DNA of 64,000 bases from Peptostreptococcaceae bacterium (lineage in GTDB: Bacteria; Bacillota; Clostridia; Peptostreptococcales; BM714). The stretch spans positions 41,460 through 105,459 of the forward strand of contig JAENWJ010000001.1 in NCBI GenBank assembly GCA_016649995.1, written 5' to 3'. The stretch's first letter is position 1. Every line of letters begins with the position of its first letter. Below the pieces are notes generated by a model that saw only the letters and a program-made list of their open reading frames with translations, did no database searches and was not told where the DNA came from. The position numbers were made by a program, and so were the translations under genes. This document shows positions 20,674-31,317 of this stretch, one piece after another.

Positions 20674-20904
20674 GTGGGAGAACTTGTAAAAGTCATTGCT
20701 AAGGCATTGGTTGATCATCCTGAAATGGTAACTGTCAACGAAGTCGAAGGTTCTCATTCTCTAATTGTGGAACTTTCGGTTGCCCCTGACGATATGGGAA
20801 AAGTAATCGGTAAACAAGGCAGAATTGCCAAAGCAATAAGGACTGTTGTTAAAGCGGCGGCTATCAGGGAAAATAAAAGAGTCGTTGTGGAAATCGTTCA
20901 ATAG
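20674..20904 (+). CDS. KH-domain RNA-binding protein (YlqC family)
   Basis: GKVIGKQGRIAKAIRTV KH motif in the conserved rpsP-KH-rimM-trmD order. Confidence 0.88.
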   Translation: MGELVKVIAKALVDHPEMVTVNEVEGSHSLIVELSVAPDDMGKVIGKQGRIAKAIRTVVKAAAIRENKRVVVEIVQ

Positions 20905-20972
20905 GATAAGCTCCCAAGGGCTTATCCTTTTTTCGATTTTACAAAATATTGAAACATTAGGATGGTGAGAGA

Positions 20973-21473
20973 ATGTCATATATTAAAATTGGTATAATAG
21001 TAAATACTCATGGTTTAAAAGGCGAAGTAAAGGCGAAAAATTTTACTGATGAAGTAGAGCGATTCGAAGATTTTGACTATGTTTATATAGATACGGATAA
21101 TGGATTTGAAAGATTAAATATTGAGAAGATACGATATGCAAAATCACTTGCCATTCTTAAATTCGAAGATTATGATAATATAAATGAAATCGAAGCATTT
21201 AAAGGCAGTGATATTTACATTGATCGTTCTCAGCTTAGAGAACTTCCGGATGGCACTTACCATGTTTTTGATTTAATTGGACTATCCGTTAATGAAAATG
21301 GTAAATTTATAGGAGAAATTGTAGATATTAATCAGAATGCCTACCAAGATATATATATAGTAAAAAAAGAAGACGGTAAAATGATACAAATTCCCGCAGT
21401 TAAAAATTTTGTAAAATCTATTAATTTGAAAAAAGGCATCGTTGAAGTGGAATTGATTGAGGGGATGTTTTAA
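20973..21473 (+). CDS. rimM: 16S rRNA processing protein RimM
   Basis: G(I/V)xxTHGLKGEVK N-terminus plus a PRC barrel, in conserved position. Confidence 0.9.
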   Translation: MSYIKIGIIVNTHGLKGEVKAKNFTDEVERFEDFDYVYIDTDNGFERLNIEKIRYAKSLAILKFEDYDNINEIEAFKGSDIYIDRSQLRELPDGTYHVFDLIGLSVNENGKFIGEIVDINQNAYQDIYIVKKEDGKMIQIPAVKNFVKSINLKKGIVEVELIEGMF

Positions 21474-22231
21474 TGAAAATAGATATACTGACTCTTTTTC
21501 CCGAGGTATTTGAGCCATTCTTCAGCTCTAGCATTATCGGAAGGGCCATTGATCAAAACTTAATAGATATTAACACTGTAAACATAAGGGATTATGCAGA
21601 CAACAAGCATAGCCAGGTTGACGATTCACCATATGGCGGAGGTGAAGGGATGGTTTTTACGCCACAGCCTTTGTTTTCAGCTATAGAAAGTATGAATTGC
21701 TATAAAGAAGCAATTAAAATATATCTTTCGCCAAAAGGAAAAAGACTTAATCAAAAAATTGTTGGAGAATTGGCAGAAAAGAATCATCTGATACTTGTAT
21801 GTGGCCACTATGAAGGGGTTGACCAAAGATTCATTGATAAAATGGTAGATATGGAAATATCGATTGGCGATTATGTTTTGACTGGCGGAGAACTTCCTGC
21901 AATAGTTCTTGTTGATGCGATTTCAAGACTTCAAAAGGGAGTATTAAAAAGTGAAAAAGGATATGAGGAAGAAAGCTTCAGCTTTAAATCTCTTTTGGAA
22001 TATCCTCATTATACAAGGCCGAAAGTTTTCAGGCATATGAGTGTACCGGATGTACTGATATCTGGCAATCACAAGCTAATAGAACAGTGGCGACTGGAAA
22101 AAGCCATAGAAGAAACCATTGAAAAACGCCCCGATATTATAGAAACTTTGATGAAGGATGAAAAAATTGAAAAATCGCTAAAAAAATGTATTATTAAAAT
22201 TTTAGATAAAACTAGTGTCAATCACTTTTGA
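21473..22231 (+). CDS. trmD: tRNA (guanine37-N1)-methyltransferase
   Basis: SPOUT TrmD motifs (ILTLFPE, DDSPYGGGEGMV, CGHYEGVDQR). Confidence 0.95.
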   Translation: MKIDILTLFPEVFEPFFSSSIIGRAIDQNLIDINTVNIRDYADNKHSQVDDSPYGGGEGMVFTPQPLFSAIESMNCYKEAIKIYLSPKGKRLNQKIVGELAEKNHLILVCGHYEGVDQRFIDKMVDMEISIGDYVLTGGELPAIVLVDAISRLQKGVLKSEKGYEEESFSFKSLLEYPHYTRPKVFRHMSVPDVLISGNHKLIEQWRLEKAIEETIEKRPDIIETLMKDEKIEKSLKKCIIKILDKTSVNHF

Positions 22232-22340
22232 AAATGTCCCAATAAATCGCAAACATTAGCACCAGAATCTTGTGCTACGTTTTTTCTATGGGCCTGTTTT
22301 TTTCATATCTATTTTATGAGGGTTTATTATACTATAATTG

Positions 22341-22383
22341 GGACATAATCATTTGTGGTATAAGAGGACATTATCATTTGTGG
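22341..22383. repeat. two 18-bp direct repeats in the trmD-cmk spacer
   Basis: GGACATAATCATTTGTGG (22341-22358) and GGACATTATCATTTGTGG (22366-22383), with one mismatch. Confidence 0.6.
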
Positions 22384-22476
22384 GTCATAATACTACCCTT
22401 CGTGGTAGTTGTTTTCTTGTTTGCAAACTCTAAATAAGATATAATGCAATATGAATAAGAATAATAGGGGTATTTT

Positions 22477-23124
22477 ATGAATAACAAATGCATTGCAATA
22501 GACGGACCGGCTGGTTCAGGCAAAAGCACAATAGCCAGGGAAATTGCAACTTTACTTGGTTGGACATATATTGATACTGGCGCGATGTATCGCGCTATAA
22601 CATTGAAAATACTGTCTTCGAATATTTCATTGGAAGACATATCGGGTATTCAATTATTGCTTAATAATACGCAAATTGAATTCAATAAATCGAAAATCTT
22701 TTTAGATGGAAAAGATGTTACTTCTCAAATAAGAAGCGAAAAAATCGACAAAAATGTATCGGCTGTTTCTGCCATAAGCGAAATTCGGTCGAAATTGGTT
22801 GAGTTGCAGCGTGAATATGCTGCAGCCCATCCTGTGGTTATGGATGGAAGGGATATAGGAACTATTGTCTTTCCTAATGCCAAATACAAATTTTTTCTTA
22901 CGGCTTCTCCTGAAGAAAGGGCACGAAGAAGATATAATCAATTACGAGGCAAAGGAATAAGCATACCGATTGAACAAATATTTAATGACATCGAAAGAAG
23001 GGATCATATGGACTCGTCGCGCGAAATAAGCCCACTTAAAAGGGCCGAGGATGCACATCTTATTGACACTGATAAGCTTGGCATTGGAGAAGTCGTAGAA
23101 GAGATTATGTCTCGTATTAAATAA
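22477..23124 (+). CDS. cmk: cytidylate kinase
   Basis: IAIDGPAGSGKSTIAR and DTGAMYRA motifs. Confidence 0.94.
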   Translation: MNNKCIAIDGPAGSGKSTIAREIATLLGWTYIDTGAMYRAITLKILSSNISLEDISGIQLLLNNTQIEFNKSKIFLDGKDVTSQIRSEKIDKNVSAVSAISEIRSKLVELQREYAAAHPVVMDGRDIGTIVFPNAKYKFFLTASPEERARRRYNQLRGKGISIPIEQIFNDIERRDHMDSSREISPLKRAEDAHLIDTDKLGIGEVVEEIMSRIK

Positions 23125-23153
23125 GCAGTTTTCGGTAAATAGGAGGACATTAA

Positions 23154-23768
23154 GTGAATTTTGTGCAATTTGCAAAAATATTTTTCAAGTTTCTATTTGG
23201 CATTTTTTACAATATTGATGTACAAGGTTATGAAAATATTCCTGAGTCTGGTGATGGATATGTTTTATGCGCGAACCATTCATGTTGGTTCGACCCGCTT
23301 CTTATAGGCAGCTATTATCCGGATGTACTTCATTTTATGGCAAAAAAAGAATTATTTGAATCTCATATACTGAGCTTTCTTGTAAGAAAGCTCAATGCAT
23401 TTCCTGTGGATAGAAATGGAAGCGATTTGAAAGCCATAAAAACTGCCGTCAAAATACTGCGTGAAGGGAAGATACTGGGAATTTTCCCGGAAGGTACACG
23501 CAACCTGTCCGGCACGCCCGGAGCAAAAGCCGGAGTGGCAATCATTGCTATCAACGCAAAAAAAAATGTGCTTCCTGTCGCAATAACAGCAGAGAAAAAC
23601 TATAGAATTTTTACAAGGATAAGTATTGTTATAGGTAAAAAGATAAGTCTTGAAGAGTATTATTCTACAAAAAAAATACCAAAAGAAAAATATCAATCGA
23701 TAAGTGACGATATCATGAAAAACATATACATCCTAAAGGAATCAAACTTCAGTGCAAATAGCAAATAG
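23154..23768 (+). CDS. plsC: 1-acyl-sn-glycerol-3-phosphate acyltransferase
   Basis: HxxxxD motif (NHSCWFD) and FPEGTR. GTG start after AGGAGG. Confidence 0.88.
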   Translation: MNFVQFAKIFFKFLFGIFYNIDVQGYENIPESGDGYVLCANHSCWFDPLLIGSYYPDVLHFMAKKELFESHILSFLVRKLNAFPVDRNGSDLKAIKTAVKILREGKILGIFPEGTRNLSGTPGAKAGVAIIAINAKKNVLPVAITAEKNYRIFTRISIVIGKKISLEEYYSTKKIPKEKYQSISDDIMKNIYILKESNFSANSK

Positions 23769-23782
23769 CAGATGGAGGTTTC

Positions 23783-25831
23783 ATGAAAATAATCATATCC
23801 GACAATTCAGGATTTTGTTTTGGTGTAAAACGCGCAATGGAAAAAACTGTTGGCCTTGCCGATTTAAATGAAAAACGAATACATACCCTTGGCCCGCTTA
23901 TTCACAATAATCAGGTCATTGAGTATTTGGAAGAGCGGGGTGTATTCATTGCCAACTCGATTGAGGAAGTGGAAGAGGGTCCTTTGATCATAAGGTCGCA
24001 TGGTGTTCCACTAAGCGTATATGAAAAAGCCAAGAAATTAAATATAGAAATAGTAGACGCCACATGTCCATATGTCCGAAAAGTGCAGGAAATAGTTGCA
24101 TCTGAATTTGAGCAAGGCCGACAGGTTGTTATTCTCGGAAATCCGGACCATCCTGAAGTCATTGGAATCAACGGATGGTGTCAAAACGAAGCAGTTGTAA
24201 TAAATGATGAATCAAACATTGATTCAATCTCAAATTGTGATAGAATAAGCATAGTTGCGCAAACCACTTTGAATATAGAGAAATGGAATAGGCTGACAAA
24301 CCTTATTTCAAAGCTTTCAAAGGATGTGCAATTGTTTAACACTATATGTGTTGCAACTAGGAACAGACAGAAATCTTGCATTGATTTATCGCAGACGGCC
24401 GATGTCATGTTAATAATCGGTGGATTACACAGTTCAAACACACAAAAATTGTTTGAACTCAGCAAAAAATATTGTCCCGAGAGCCACCATATAGAAACTG
24501 CAGAGCAACTGGATTTTGAATGGATTAAAGATGTTGAAATACTCGGGATATCCGCAGGAGCATCAACTCCTGATTGGATAATTAATGATGTTATCAAAAA
24601 AATTAAAATAAAGGTAGGTAGGCAAACTATGGAAAATGAAAACTTGATGAATGAGATGCTTGAGGAGATTGAGAAGTCTCTGAGAGTGCCGAGGAGGGGT
24701 GAGATTCTCAAAGCGAAAGTCGTACAAATTTCAGATGATGAAGTTGTAGTCAACATTGGCTATAAATCTGATGGTATTATTCCGAAAAGAGAATTGACCT
24801 CTGAAGAAGGAGTTAATCTTAAAGATATACTTAATGAAGACGATGAAATCGAAGTCATGGTTATAAAATCGGATGACGGCGAGGGAAATGTTCTCCTTTC
24901 AAGAAAAAGGGTAGATGCCCTCAAGCAATGGGATGATTTGAAAGTCTATCTCGATGAAGGCAAGCCTGTTAAGGTATTCACAAAAGAAGTAGTCAAGGGA
25001 GGCATAATAGCCTACTTTGAAGACATTAGGGGCTTCATTCCGGCTTCGCATCTTTCACTCAATTATGTAAGCAATCTAAACGCTTTTGTAAATGAGGAAA
25101 TTGAAGTAAAAATCATCGAATTCAATAAAGAGAAAAGAAATGTAGTATTTTCACACAAAGAAGTGCTCGAGCAGGGAAGAAAGAAAGAACTCGAATCCCT
25201 TTGGGCTGAACTCGAAGTTAATCAGAAGCTTCAAGGGAAGGTTAAAAGACTTGCTAAATTCGGCGCTTTCGTCGATATAGGCGGCATAGACGGTTTGGTT
25301 CATATTTCGGAGCTTTCATGGGGAAGAATCAAGAACCCGGGCGAACTTTTGAAAGTTGGCGATGATATAGAAGTTGTTATCATTGGTCTAGACAAAGAGA
25401 GCAACAAGATTTCGCTTAGCCTTAAGCAAATTCTTCCGGATCCGTGGTCTTTGGTAAATACCAAATACAACATTGGTGACATCATAAGTGGAAGAGTTGT
25501 CAATTTGACAGACTTTGGAGCATTTGTTGAAATAGAACCGGGTCTTGAAGGACTTGTTCATATTTCGCAAATTTCAAAAGAACATGTAAAAACAACTTCA
25601 GATGCACTAAAAGTAAACGAGGAAGTTGAAGTTAAAATTCTTGGCATTGACAAAGAAAAACAGCGTATAAGTCTTTCCATCAAAGATGCTGCAGAGGATG
25701 AAGCTGGAGAAGAGTCATCTGTAGAGGAAGTTGATGAAGAAGAGAATGACAACCTCGAAATTCCGGAAAGCGTCAAAGAAGATAATACCATAACAATAGG
25801 AGACATGCTTGAGTCGAAGAAAAATCAATAG
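23783..25831 (+). CDS. ispH: 4-hydroxy-3-methylbut-2-enyl diphosphate reductase fused to four S1 RNA-binding repeats
   Basis: N-terminal ~280 aa are LytB/IspH, with Cys ligands in GFCFGV, ATCPYV and NTICVAT. The C-terminal half has repeated S1 motifs and an acidic tail. Confidence 0.9.
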   Translation: MKIIISDNSGFCFGVKRAMEKTVGLADLNEKRIHTLGPLIHNNQVIEYLEERGVFIANSIEEVEEGPLIIRSHGVPLSVYEKAKKLNIEIVDATCPYVRKVQEIVASEFEQGRQVVILGNPDHPEVIGINGWCQNEAVVINDESNIDSISNCDRISIVAQTTLNIEKWNRLTNLISKLSKDVQLFNTICVATRNRQKSCIDLSQTADVMLIIGGLHSSNTQKLFELSKKYCPESHHIETAEQLDFEWIKDVEILGISAGASTPDWIINDVIKKIKIKVGRQTMENENLMNEMLEEIEKSLRVPRRGEILKAKVVQISDDEVVVNIGYKSDGIIPKRELTSEEGVNLKDILNEDDEIEVMVIKSDDGEGNVLLSRKRVDALKQWDDLKVYLDEGKPVKVFTKEVVKGGIIAYFEDIRGFIPASHLSLNYVSNLNAFVNEEIEVKIIEFNKEKRNVVFSHKEVLEQGRKKELESLWAELEVNQKLQGKVKRLAKFGAFVDIGGIDGLVHISELSWGRIKNPGELLKVGDDIEVVIIGLDKESNKISLSLKQILPDPWSLVNTKYNIGDIISGRVVNLTDFGAFVEIEPGLEGLVHISQISKEHVKTTSDALKVNEEVEVKILGIDKEKQRISLSIKDAAEDEAGEESSVEEVDEEENDNLEIPESVKEDNTITIGDMLESKKNQ

Positions 25832-25848
25832 ATCAAGTATATTAACAT

Positions 25849-25882
25849 AAAAGTGGGGGTTCCAATTGGAACCCCCACTTTT
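25849..25882. terminator. bidirectional terminator between ispH::S1 and the aminotransferase gene
   Basis: AAAAGTGGGGGTTCC-AATT-GGAACCCCCACTTTT. Confidence 0.85.
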
Positions 25883-25906
25883 ATGTTTTGCTTTTCAGCT
25901 ATAAGA

Positions 25907-27100
25907 CTATTTTTTGTCTGGATAAGCTTCCAATCCCAGCTTTAATATATTCATTGCTTTTTTCAACGATTCTTGGTTAAGAACATAAGCCATCCTTATT
26001 TCATCAACACCAAGACCTGGAGTTCCGTAGAATCCTTCAGCAGGAGCAAACATTACAGTCTCTCCATCCACATCAAATTCTTCAAGCATCCAAATAACAA
26101 ATTTCTCGGCATTCTTGACAGGTAATTTTGCCATTATATAGAAAGCTCCGTGGGGAAGTTCACAAACAACTCCGGGCATTTCTTGAAGCGCAGCGTAAAC
26201 GATATCCCTTCTTTGTCTATATTCTTCTTTTGTTTTATCAAAGTATTCTTTAGGAACTTTTGCGAGTGCGGCAGCACCGAGTTGCTCGATTGTAGGAACA
26301 CAAAGTCTTCCTTGGCAAAGTTTCAGTACCTGTGCAATTAAATCCTTGTTTTTAGAGGCAATTGAACCTATTCTAGCTCCACATGCGGAGTAGCGCTTTG
26401 ATATACTGTCGATGATTATAACCCTGTCTGAGATATCGTCAAATTGTGCAAAACTCATGTATGGGAAGTCGTCAAATATGTATTCTCTATATACTTCATC
26501 TGCAATGATGTACAAATTATTTTCCTTGGCCAAGTCTCGAACTATGTTTAATTGTTCTTTCGAGTATACTGCGCCAGTAGGATTTCCGGGATTGGAAAGA
26601 AGTATTCCCTTGGTTTTTGCAGTTATTAATTTTTTGATTTCCTCTTTAGAAGGAAGGTCGAATCCTTTTTCGGCTTTTGTAGTTATAGGAACTACATTTA
26701 CTCCAGTAACATTTCCAAAGCCGTTGTAGTTAGTGTAGAATGGTTCCGGAACCAGAACTTCATCTCCGTTGTCGCAAATAGCAAGCATTGCAAAAACCAA
26801 AGCCTCGCTGCCACCATTTGTAACCAGTATGTCGGCAGGGTCAAAGTCGATTCCATAAGTCTTATAGTATTCGCTGAAGCTCTCTAGCAATTCAGGACTG
26901 CCTTGTGAAAAACTGTAAGCTAAAACTTCCTCGTCGAAATTCTTTAATGCATCAAAAAAAACTTCCGGTGTTTTTACATCCGGTTGCCCGATGTTTAAGT
27001 GATAAACTTTTTTGCCTCTCTTTTTTGCGGCCTCTGCGATTGGAACCAATTTCCTTATCGGAGACTGTTGCATGTCTGTGATTCTTCCAGAAAATTTCAT
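25907..27100 (-). CDS. class I/II PLP-dependent aminotransferase
   Basis: SPIRKL N-terminus, NPGNPTG and the SKRYSACGARIG PLP-lysine region. Start at ATG 27100 after AGGGGG; the track ORF starts at 27166. Confidence 0.88.
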   Translation of the reverse strand: MKFSGRITDMQQSPIRKLVPIAEAAKKRGKKVYHLNIGQPDVKTPEVFFDALKNFDEEVLAYSFSQGSPELLESFSEYYKTYGIDFDPADILVTNGGSEALVFAMLAICDNGDEVLVPEPFYTNYNGFGNVTGVNVVPITTKAEKGFDLPSKEEIKKLITAKTKGILLSNPGNPTGAVYSKEQLNIVRDLAKENNLYIIADEVYREYIFDDFPYMSFAQFDDISDRVIIIDSISKRYSACGARIGSIASKNKDLIAQVLKLCQGRLCVPTIEQLGAAALAKVPKEYFDKTKEEYRQRRDIVYAALQEMPGVVCELPHGAFYIMAKLPVKNAEKFVIWMLEEFDVDGETVMFAPAEGFYGTPGLGVDEIRMAYVLNQESLKKAMNILKLGLEAYPDKK

Positions 27101-27321
27101 TTTTTTACCCCCTATTAATGTTTTAAATAATATATCAACCAGCTTAATAATATCATAAATCAACACTCGATTTTAAATAATTTCTTATTAATACCATAAT
27201 ATTGCAATAATTTTTACATAGAGCAACCCTGTTGGATTTTGCGCTATTAATTGGTATAATGATACGAGATACGTTCTTAAAAAGCGTATCACTATTTATT
27301 TGGACTGGGAGAGGATAATAA

Positions 27322-28653
27322 ATGCAACAATTGAAATACTATATACGAACATGGGGTTGCCAAATGAATGAACATGATTCGGAGAGATATTCCGGAATGT
27401 TCAAACAAATGGGCCACATTGAGGTTAAAAAGCTTAAGGATGCAGACATAGTTCTTTTCAACACATGTTGTGTAAGGGAGACTGCTGAAAGAAAAGTGCT
27501 TGGAAACATTGGAAGGTTGAAAAATTTTAGAAAGCAAAAGCCTGATCTCAAAATTATCATTGCAGGATGCATGATGCAGCAGCCACATGTAATAGATAAA
27601 ATAAAAAAGGATCTTTCATTTGTAAATTTGATAGTCGGAACCTATAATATACACAGATTTCCGCTCTTGTTTGAAAAAGTGCTGGAAAAAAAGAATTCCA
27701 AGGGACCGTTAGTGGAAGTTTGGGATAAGCCTAAAACTATAGTTGAAGGAATTCCATCAATCCGAAAATACAAATTCAAAGCCTCTGTGAATATTATGTA
27801 TGGATGCAACAATTTCTGTTCATACTGTATTGTTCCATATACAAGAGGACGTGAAAGAAGCCGTGGAAAAGAGGCTATTATCGATGAAATTTCATCTCTT
27901 GTAAAGGATGGAGTTTTGGAAGTGACATTGCTTGGGCAGAATGTGAATTCATATGGAAGGGATTTGTACAGTGATTATGATTTCTCGGATTTGATTAGTG
28001 ATGTTGATAAAATTGATGGAATTCGGCGAATTAGGTTCATGACTTCCCACCCAAAGGATGCTACAGAAAAACTTATCGCCACAATAAAAGCTTCCCAAAA
28101 TATCTGTGAAAATTTTCATTTGCCAGTACAATCGGGAAGCAACAGTATTCTAAATAAAATGAATCGCCATTATACGAGAGAACAATACTTGGGCTTTGTA
28201 AAAAAGCTTTATGAAGGCATACCGGAAATAACTCTGTCAACAGACATAATAATAGGCTTTCCGGAAGAAACGGAATCCGACTTTGAGGATACATTATCAC
28301 TTGCAAAAGAAGTATATTTTGACAGTGCCTATATATTTCTTTATTCCAAAAGGAGTGGAACAAAGGCCGCGGAATCATCGCACCAGATTTCGGAAAAGGT
28401 AAAACATGAGCGTTTTGATAGAGCCCTATTGGAGATGAACTCTATAGCATACGAAAAGAATCTCAAAATAGTAGGCAGCACCGAGAAGGTACTTGTAGAC
28501 GGTTTAAGCGACAAATATCCAGGAAACGTATACGGTAGAACGCGAGGCAATAAAATTATGACATTTAAGGGAGATTCGTCCCTGATTGGAACGATAGTTC
28601 TTGTCCGAATACTAGAAGCCAAGCGTGCTACCTTGATTGGTGAACTTTGTTGA
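27322..28653 (+). CDS. miaB: tRNA-2-methylthio-N6-dimethylallyladenosine synthase
   Basis: UPF0004 N-domain (TWGCQMNEHDSE), radical-SAM motif CNNFCSYCIVP and a TRAM domain. Confidence 0.94.
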   Translation: MQQLKYYIRTWGCQMNEHDSERYSGMFKQMGHIEVKKLKDADIVLFNTCCVRETAERKVLGNIGRLKNFRKQKPDLKIIIAGCMMQQPHVIDKIKKDLSFVNLIVGTYNIHRFPLLFEKVLEKKNSKGPLVEVWDKPKTIVEGIPSIRKYKFKASVNIMYGCNNFCSYCIVPYTRGRERSRGKEAIIDEISSLVKDGVLEVTLLGQNVNSYGRDLYSDYDFSDLISDVDKIDGIRRIRFMTSHPKDATEKLIATIKASQNICENFHLPVQSGSNSILNKMNRHYTREQYLGFVKKLYEGIPEITLSTDIIIGFPEETESDFEDTLSLAKEVYFDSAYIFLYSKRSGTKAAESSHQISEKVKHERFDRALLEMNSIAYEKNLKIVGSTEKVLVDGLSDKYPGNVYGRTRGNKIMTFKGDSSLIGTIVLVRILEAKRATLIGELC

Positions 28654-28681
28654 CATAGTAGTATTTTGAAAGGAGTCTTCC

Positions 28682-31303
28682 ATGGGACTTACACCTATGA
28701 TGCGCCAATATATTGAAATAAAAGAGACATACGAGGATTGCATCCTTTTCTTCAGACTTGGAGACTTTTACGAAATGTTTTTCGATGATGCTTTGACATG
28801 CTCTAAACTTCTTGAAATAACCCTTACCGGAAAATCATGCGGTTTGGAGGAACGTGCACCTATGTGCGGAATTCCGTACCATGCTGCCGAAAATTATATA
28901 CGTAAGCTTATTAACTTTGGCCTTAAGGTAGCGATATGCGAGCAGATAGGAGATCCAAAACAAGCTACGGGAATAGTAAAGCGTGAGGTAGTGAAGATAA
29001 TCACTCCAGGAACTATAACAGAACCCGATATGTTGGATTCATCACTAAACAACTATATACTTTCAATTTCTGAGGGGAAAAACAGAATCGGATTTTCCTA
29101 TGTGGATATTACTACAGGAGAACTGCGCGTAACATCATTTAAGGGGATTTCTCGCTATAAAACGGCAGAAAACGAATTGATTAAGATATTTCCTCGTGAA
29201 ATTTTGATTGTAGCCTCGTCTCTTTCAATAAAAATGGCCGATTTTATACATTCCGCAATGCCTCAGGTTTTAACGACTGATGTTGGAATTCAAGACGATT
29301 ATGATGATGCAAATAAAACAATACAGAGACAATTTAAAATAATGTCACTTGACAGTCTTGGGCTTAACACGGAAAAAGAGATTGTTCTTTCCTTAGGTTG
29401 TCTCATAGATTATGTCATTGAAACGCAAAAGGTCGATTTGCCACATATAAGAAAGGTCAAACACTACAATCCTTCCGACTTTATGATTATTGACGATTTT
29501 ACGGCTAGAAATCTTGAATTGTCAAAAACTATTATGGGTGATAAGAAGAAGGGTTCACTTTTGTGGGTTCTGGACAAGACAAAAACATCAATGGGTTCAA
29601 GGTTGCTTGTAAAATGGATTAATGAACCGCTTTTGAACCACGATGAAATAGAAACTAGGTTAAGCATCGTGGATGTCTTTTTCAAAGACCTTAAAACAAG
29701 TGATGATGTGCGTGAAATCTTGGAAACCATATACGATTTAGAAAGACTGACATCCAAAGTAGTATACGGAAATCTCAATGGAAGGGATTTGATTTCACTA
29801 AAGGTTTCTCTCAAAAAGATTCCCGAATTAAAAGATATTTTATGCAAGCACTCGACTTCGATACCGCTGTCAGCTCTTAATGAATCACTGGATTCTCTAG
29901 GAGACGTCTACGAACTTATTGAAGCGGCGATAGCAGAGAATCCTCCAATAACAATAACCGAAGGCGGAATAATAAAAAGCACATATAATGAGGAGCTTTT
30001 ATCGCTTGTTGATATATTGTCAAATGGGAAATCATGGATCAGGAGCATTGAAACAAGAGAGAGAGAATCTACCGGTATTAAATCGCTTAAGATAAAGTTC
30101 AACAAGGTTTTCGGATATTACATTGAAATAACCAAATCTAATCTTGAAATGGTTCCGGATGAATATATAAGGAAGCAAACCCTTGTAAATGCGGAGCGGT
30201 ATATTACCCCGGAACTTAAGGAGTTGGAAGACAAGATTATAAATGCTGAAGAGAGAAAAAACCATCTGGAGTACGAAATATTTCAATCCGTTAGAGAAGA
30301 TATCCTAAAGAATGTGGATCGTTTGCTTAACACGGCTGAAGCTCTTTCTCATATAGATGTTTTATCAACTTTTGCCAATGTGGCATATCATAACGGATAC
30401 TCGAAACCGGAGGTAAACTCTAGCGACAGAATATATATTGAAAATGGACGACATCCTGTAGTGGAAAAGTTTTCAAACATAGAAACCTTTATACCTAATA
30501 ATACGGAGCTTGATAACAACCACAACCGTTTTCATATAATAACAGGGCCGAATATGGCAGGGAAATCGACATATTTAAGGCAGGTCGCACTGATTACGCT
30601 TATGGCGCAGATAGGCTCATTTATACCTGCTGATAATGCGGTCATAGGAATCGTTGACAGGATATTTACTCGTGTAGGAGCTTCAGACAACTTGTCACAG
30701 GGACAAAGTACCTTCATGGTTGAAATGAGCGAATTATCCAATATATTGACGAATGCAACGCGTAAGAGCCTTATCATATTGGATGAGATAGGAAGAGGAA
30801 CCAGCACATACGATGGTCTGAGCATTGCATGGTCTGTAGTCGAATATATAAACAGCCAAAAGCATATTGGAGCAAAAAGCCTTTTTGCAACACATTACCA
30901 TGAACTTACTGAATTGGAAGGCAAATTGGAAGGAATAAAGAATTATTTCATAACAGTCAAGGAAATAGGCGATGATATAATCTTCCTTCGAAAGATAAAA
31001 CTAGGCGGAGCAAACCACAGTTATGGAGTGCAGGTAGCAAAGCTTGCCGGTCTGCCTTACAAGGTAGTAAGCCGTGCCTCTGAAATTCTTGCCGAGCTTG
31101 AAAGCCATGACATAAATAAAAACTTTGTAGCAACCGAAGCAGATTTGCCGAAACAGGATAAAGAGCTGAGGCAGCTTGATTTCTTTTCTGATGAACGCAG
31201 GCAATTCATTGAAATGGTGACAAAGATAGATACAAATTACTTGACGCCAATCGAGGCTCTGAACATTTTAAATCATTTGGTGGAAGAATCGGAAAAATTG
31301 TAA
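28682..31303 (+). CDS. mutS: DNA mismatch repair protein MutS
   Basis: 873 aa with TPMMRQY, GDFYE and Walker A GPNMAGKST. Confidence 0.96.
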   Translation: MGLTPMMRQYIEIKETYEDCILFFRLGDFYEMFFDDALTCSKLLEITLTGKSCGLEERAPMCGIPYHAAENYIRKLINFGLKVAICEQIGDPKQATGIVKREVVKIITPGTITEPDMLDSSLNNYILSISEGKNRIGFSYVDITTGELRVTSFKGISRYKTAENELIKIFPREILIVASSLSIKMADFIHSAMPQVLTTDVGIQDDYDDANKTIQRQFKIMSLDSLGLNTEKEIVLSLGCLIDYVIETQKVDLPHIRKVKHYNPSDFMIIDDFTARNLELSKTIMGDKKKGSLLWVLDKTKTSMGSRLLVKWINEPLLNHDEIETRLSIVDVFFKDLKTSDDVREILETIYDLERLTSKVVYGNLNGRDLISLKVSLKKIPELKDILCKHSTSIPLSALNESLDSLGDVYELIEAAIAENPPITITEGGIIKSTYNEELLSLVDILSNGKSWIRSIETRERESTGIKSLKIKFNKVFGYYIEITKSNLEMVPDEYIRKQTLVNAERYITPELKELEDKIINAEERKNHLEYEIFQSVREDILKNVDRLLNTAEALSHIDVLSTFANVAYHNGYSKPEVNSSDRIYIENGRHPVVEKFSNIETFIPNNTELDNNHNRFHIITGPNMAGKSTYLRQVALITLMAQIGSFIPADNAVIGIVDRIFTRVGASDNLSQGQSTFMVEMSELSNILTNATRKSLIILDEIGRGTSTYDGLSIAWSVVEYINSQKHIGAKSLFATHYHELTELEGKLEGIKNYFITVKEIGDDIIFLRKIKLGGANHSYGVQVAKLAGLPYKVVSRASEILAELESHDINKNFVATEADLPKQDKELRQLDFFSDERRQFIEMVTKIDTNYLTPIEALNILNHLVEESEKL

Positions 31304-31317
31304 AGGTAGTGAATAAT

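Noticed and set aside
22374-22640. 88-aa minus-strand ORF overlapping the cmk start
   Set aside because: It is antisense to a well-supported CDS, has no RBS and looks like a low-complexity translation.
23783-25831. IspH fused to four S1 domains as a novel fusion
   Set aside because: To my knowledge this LytB-S1 fusion is a known arrangement in Clostridia-type Firmicutes, so it is annotated but not flagged.
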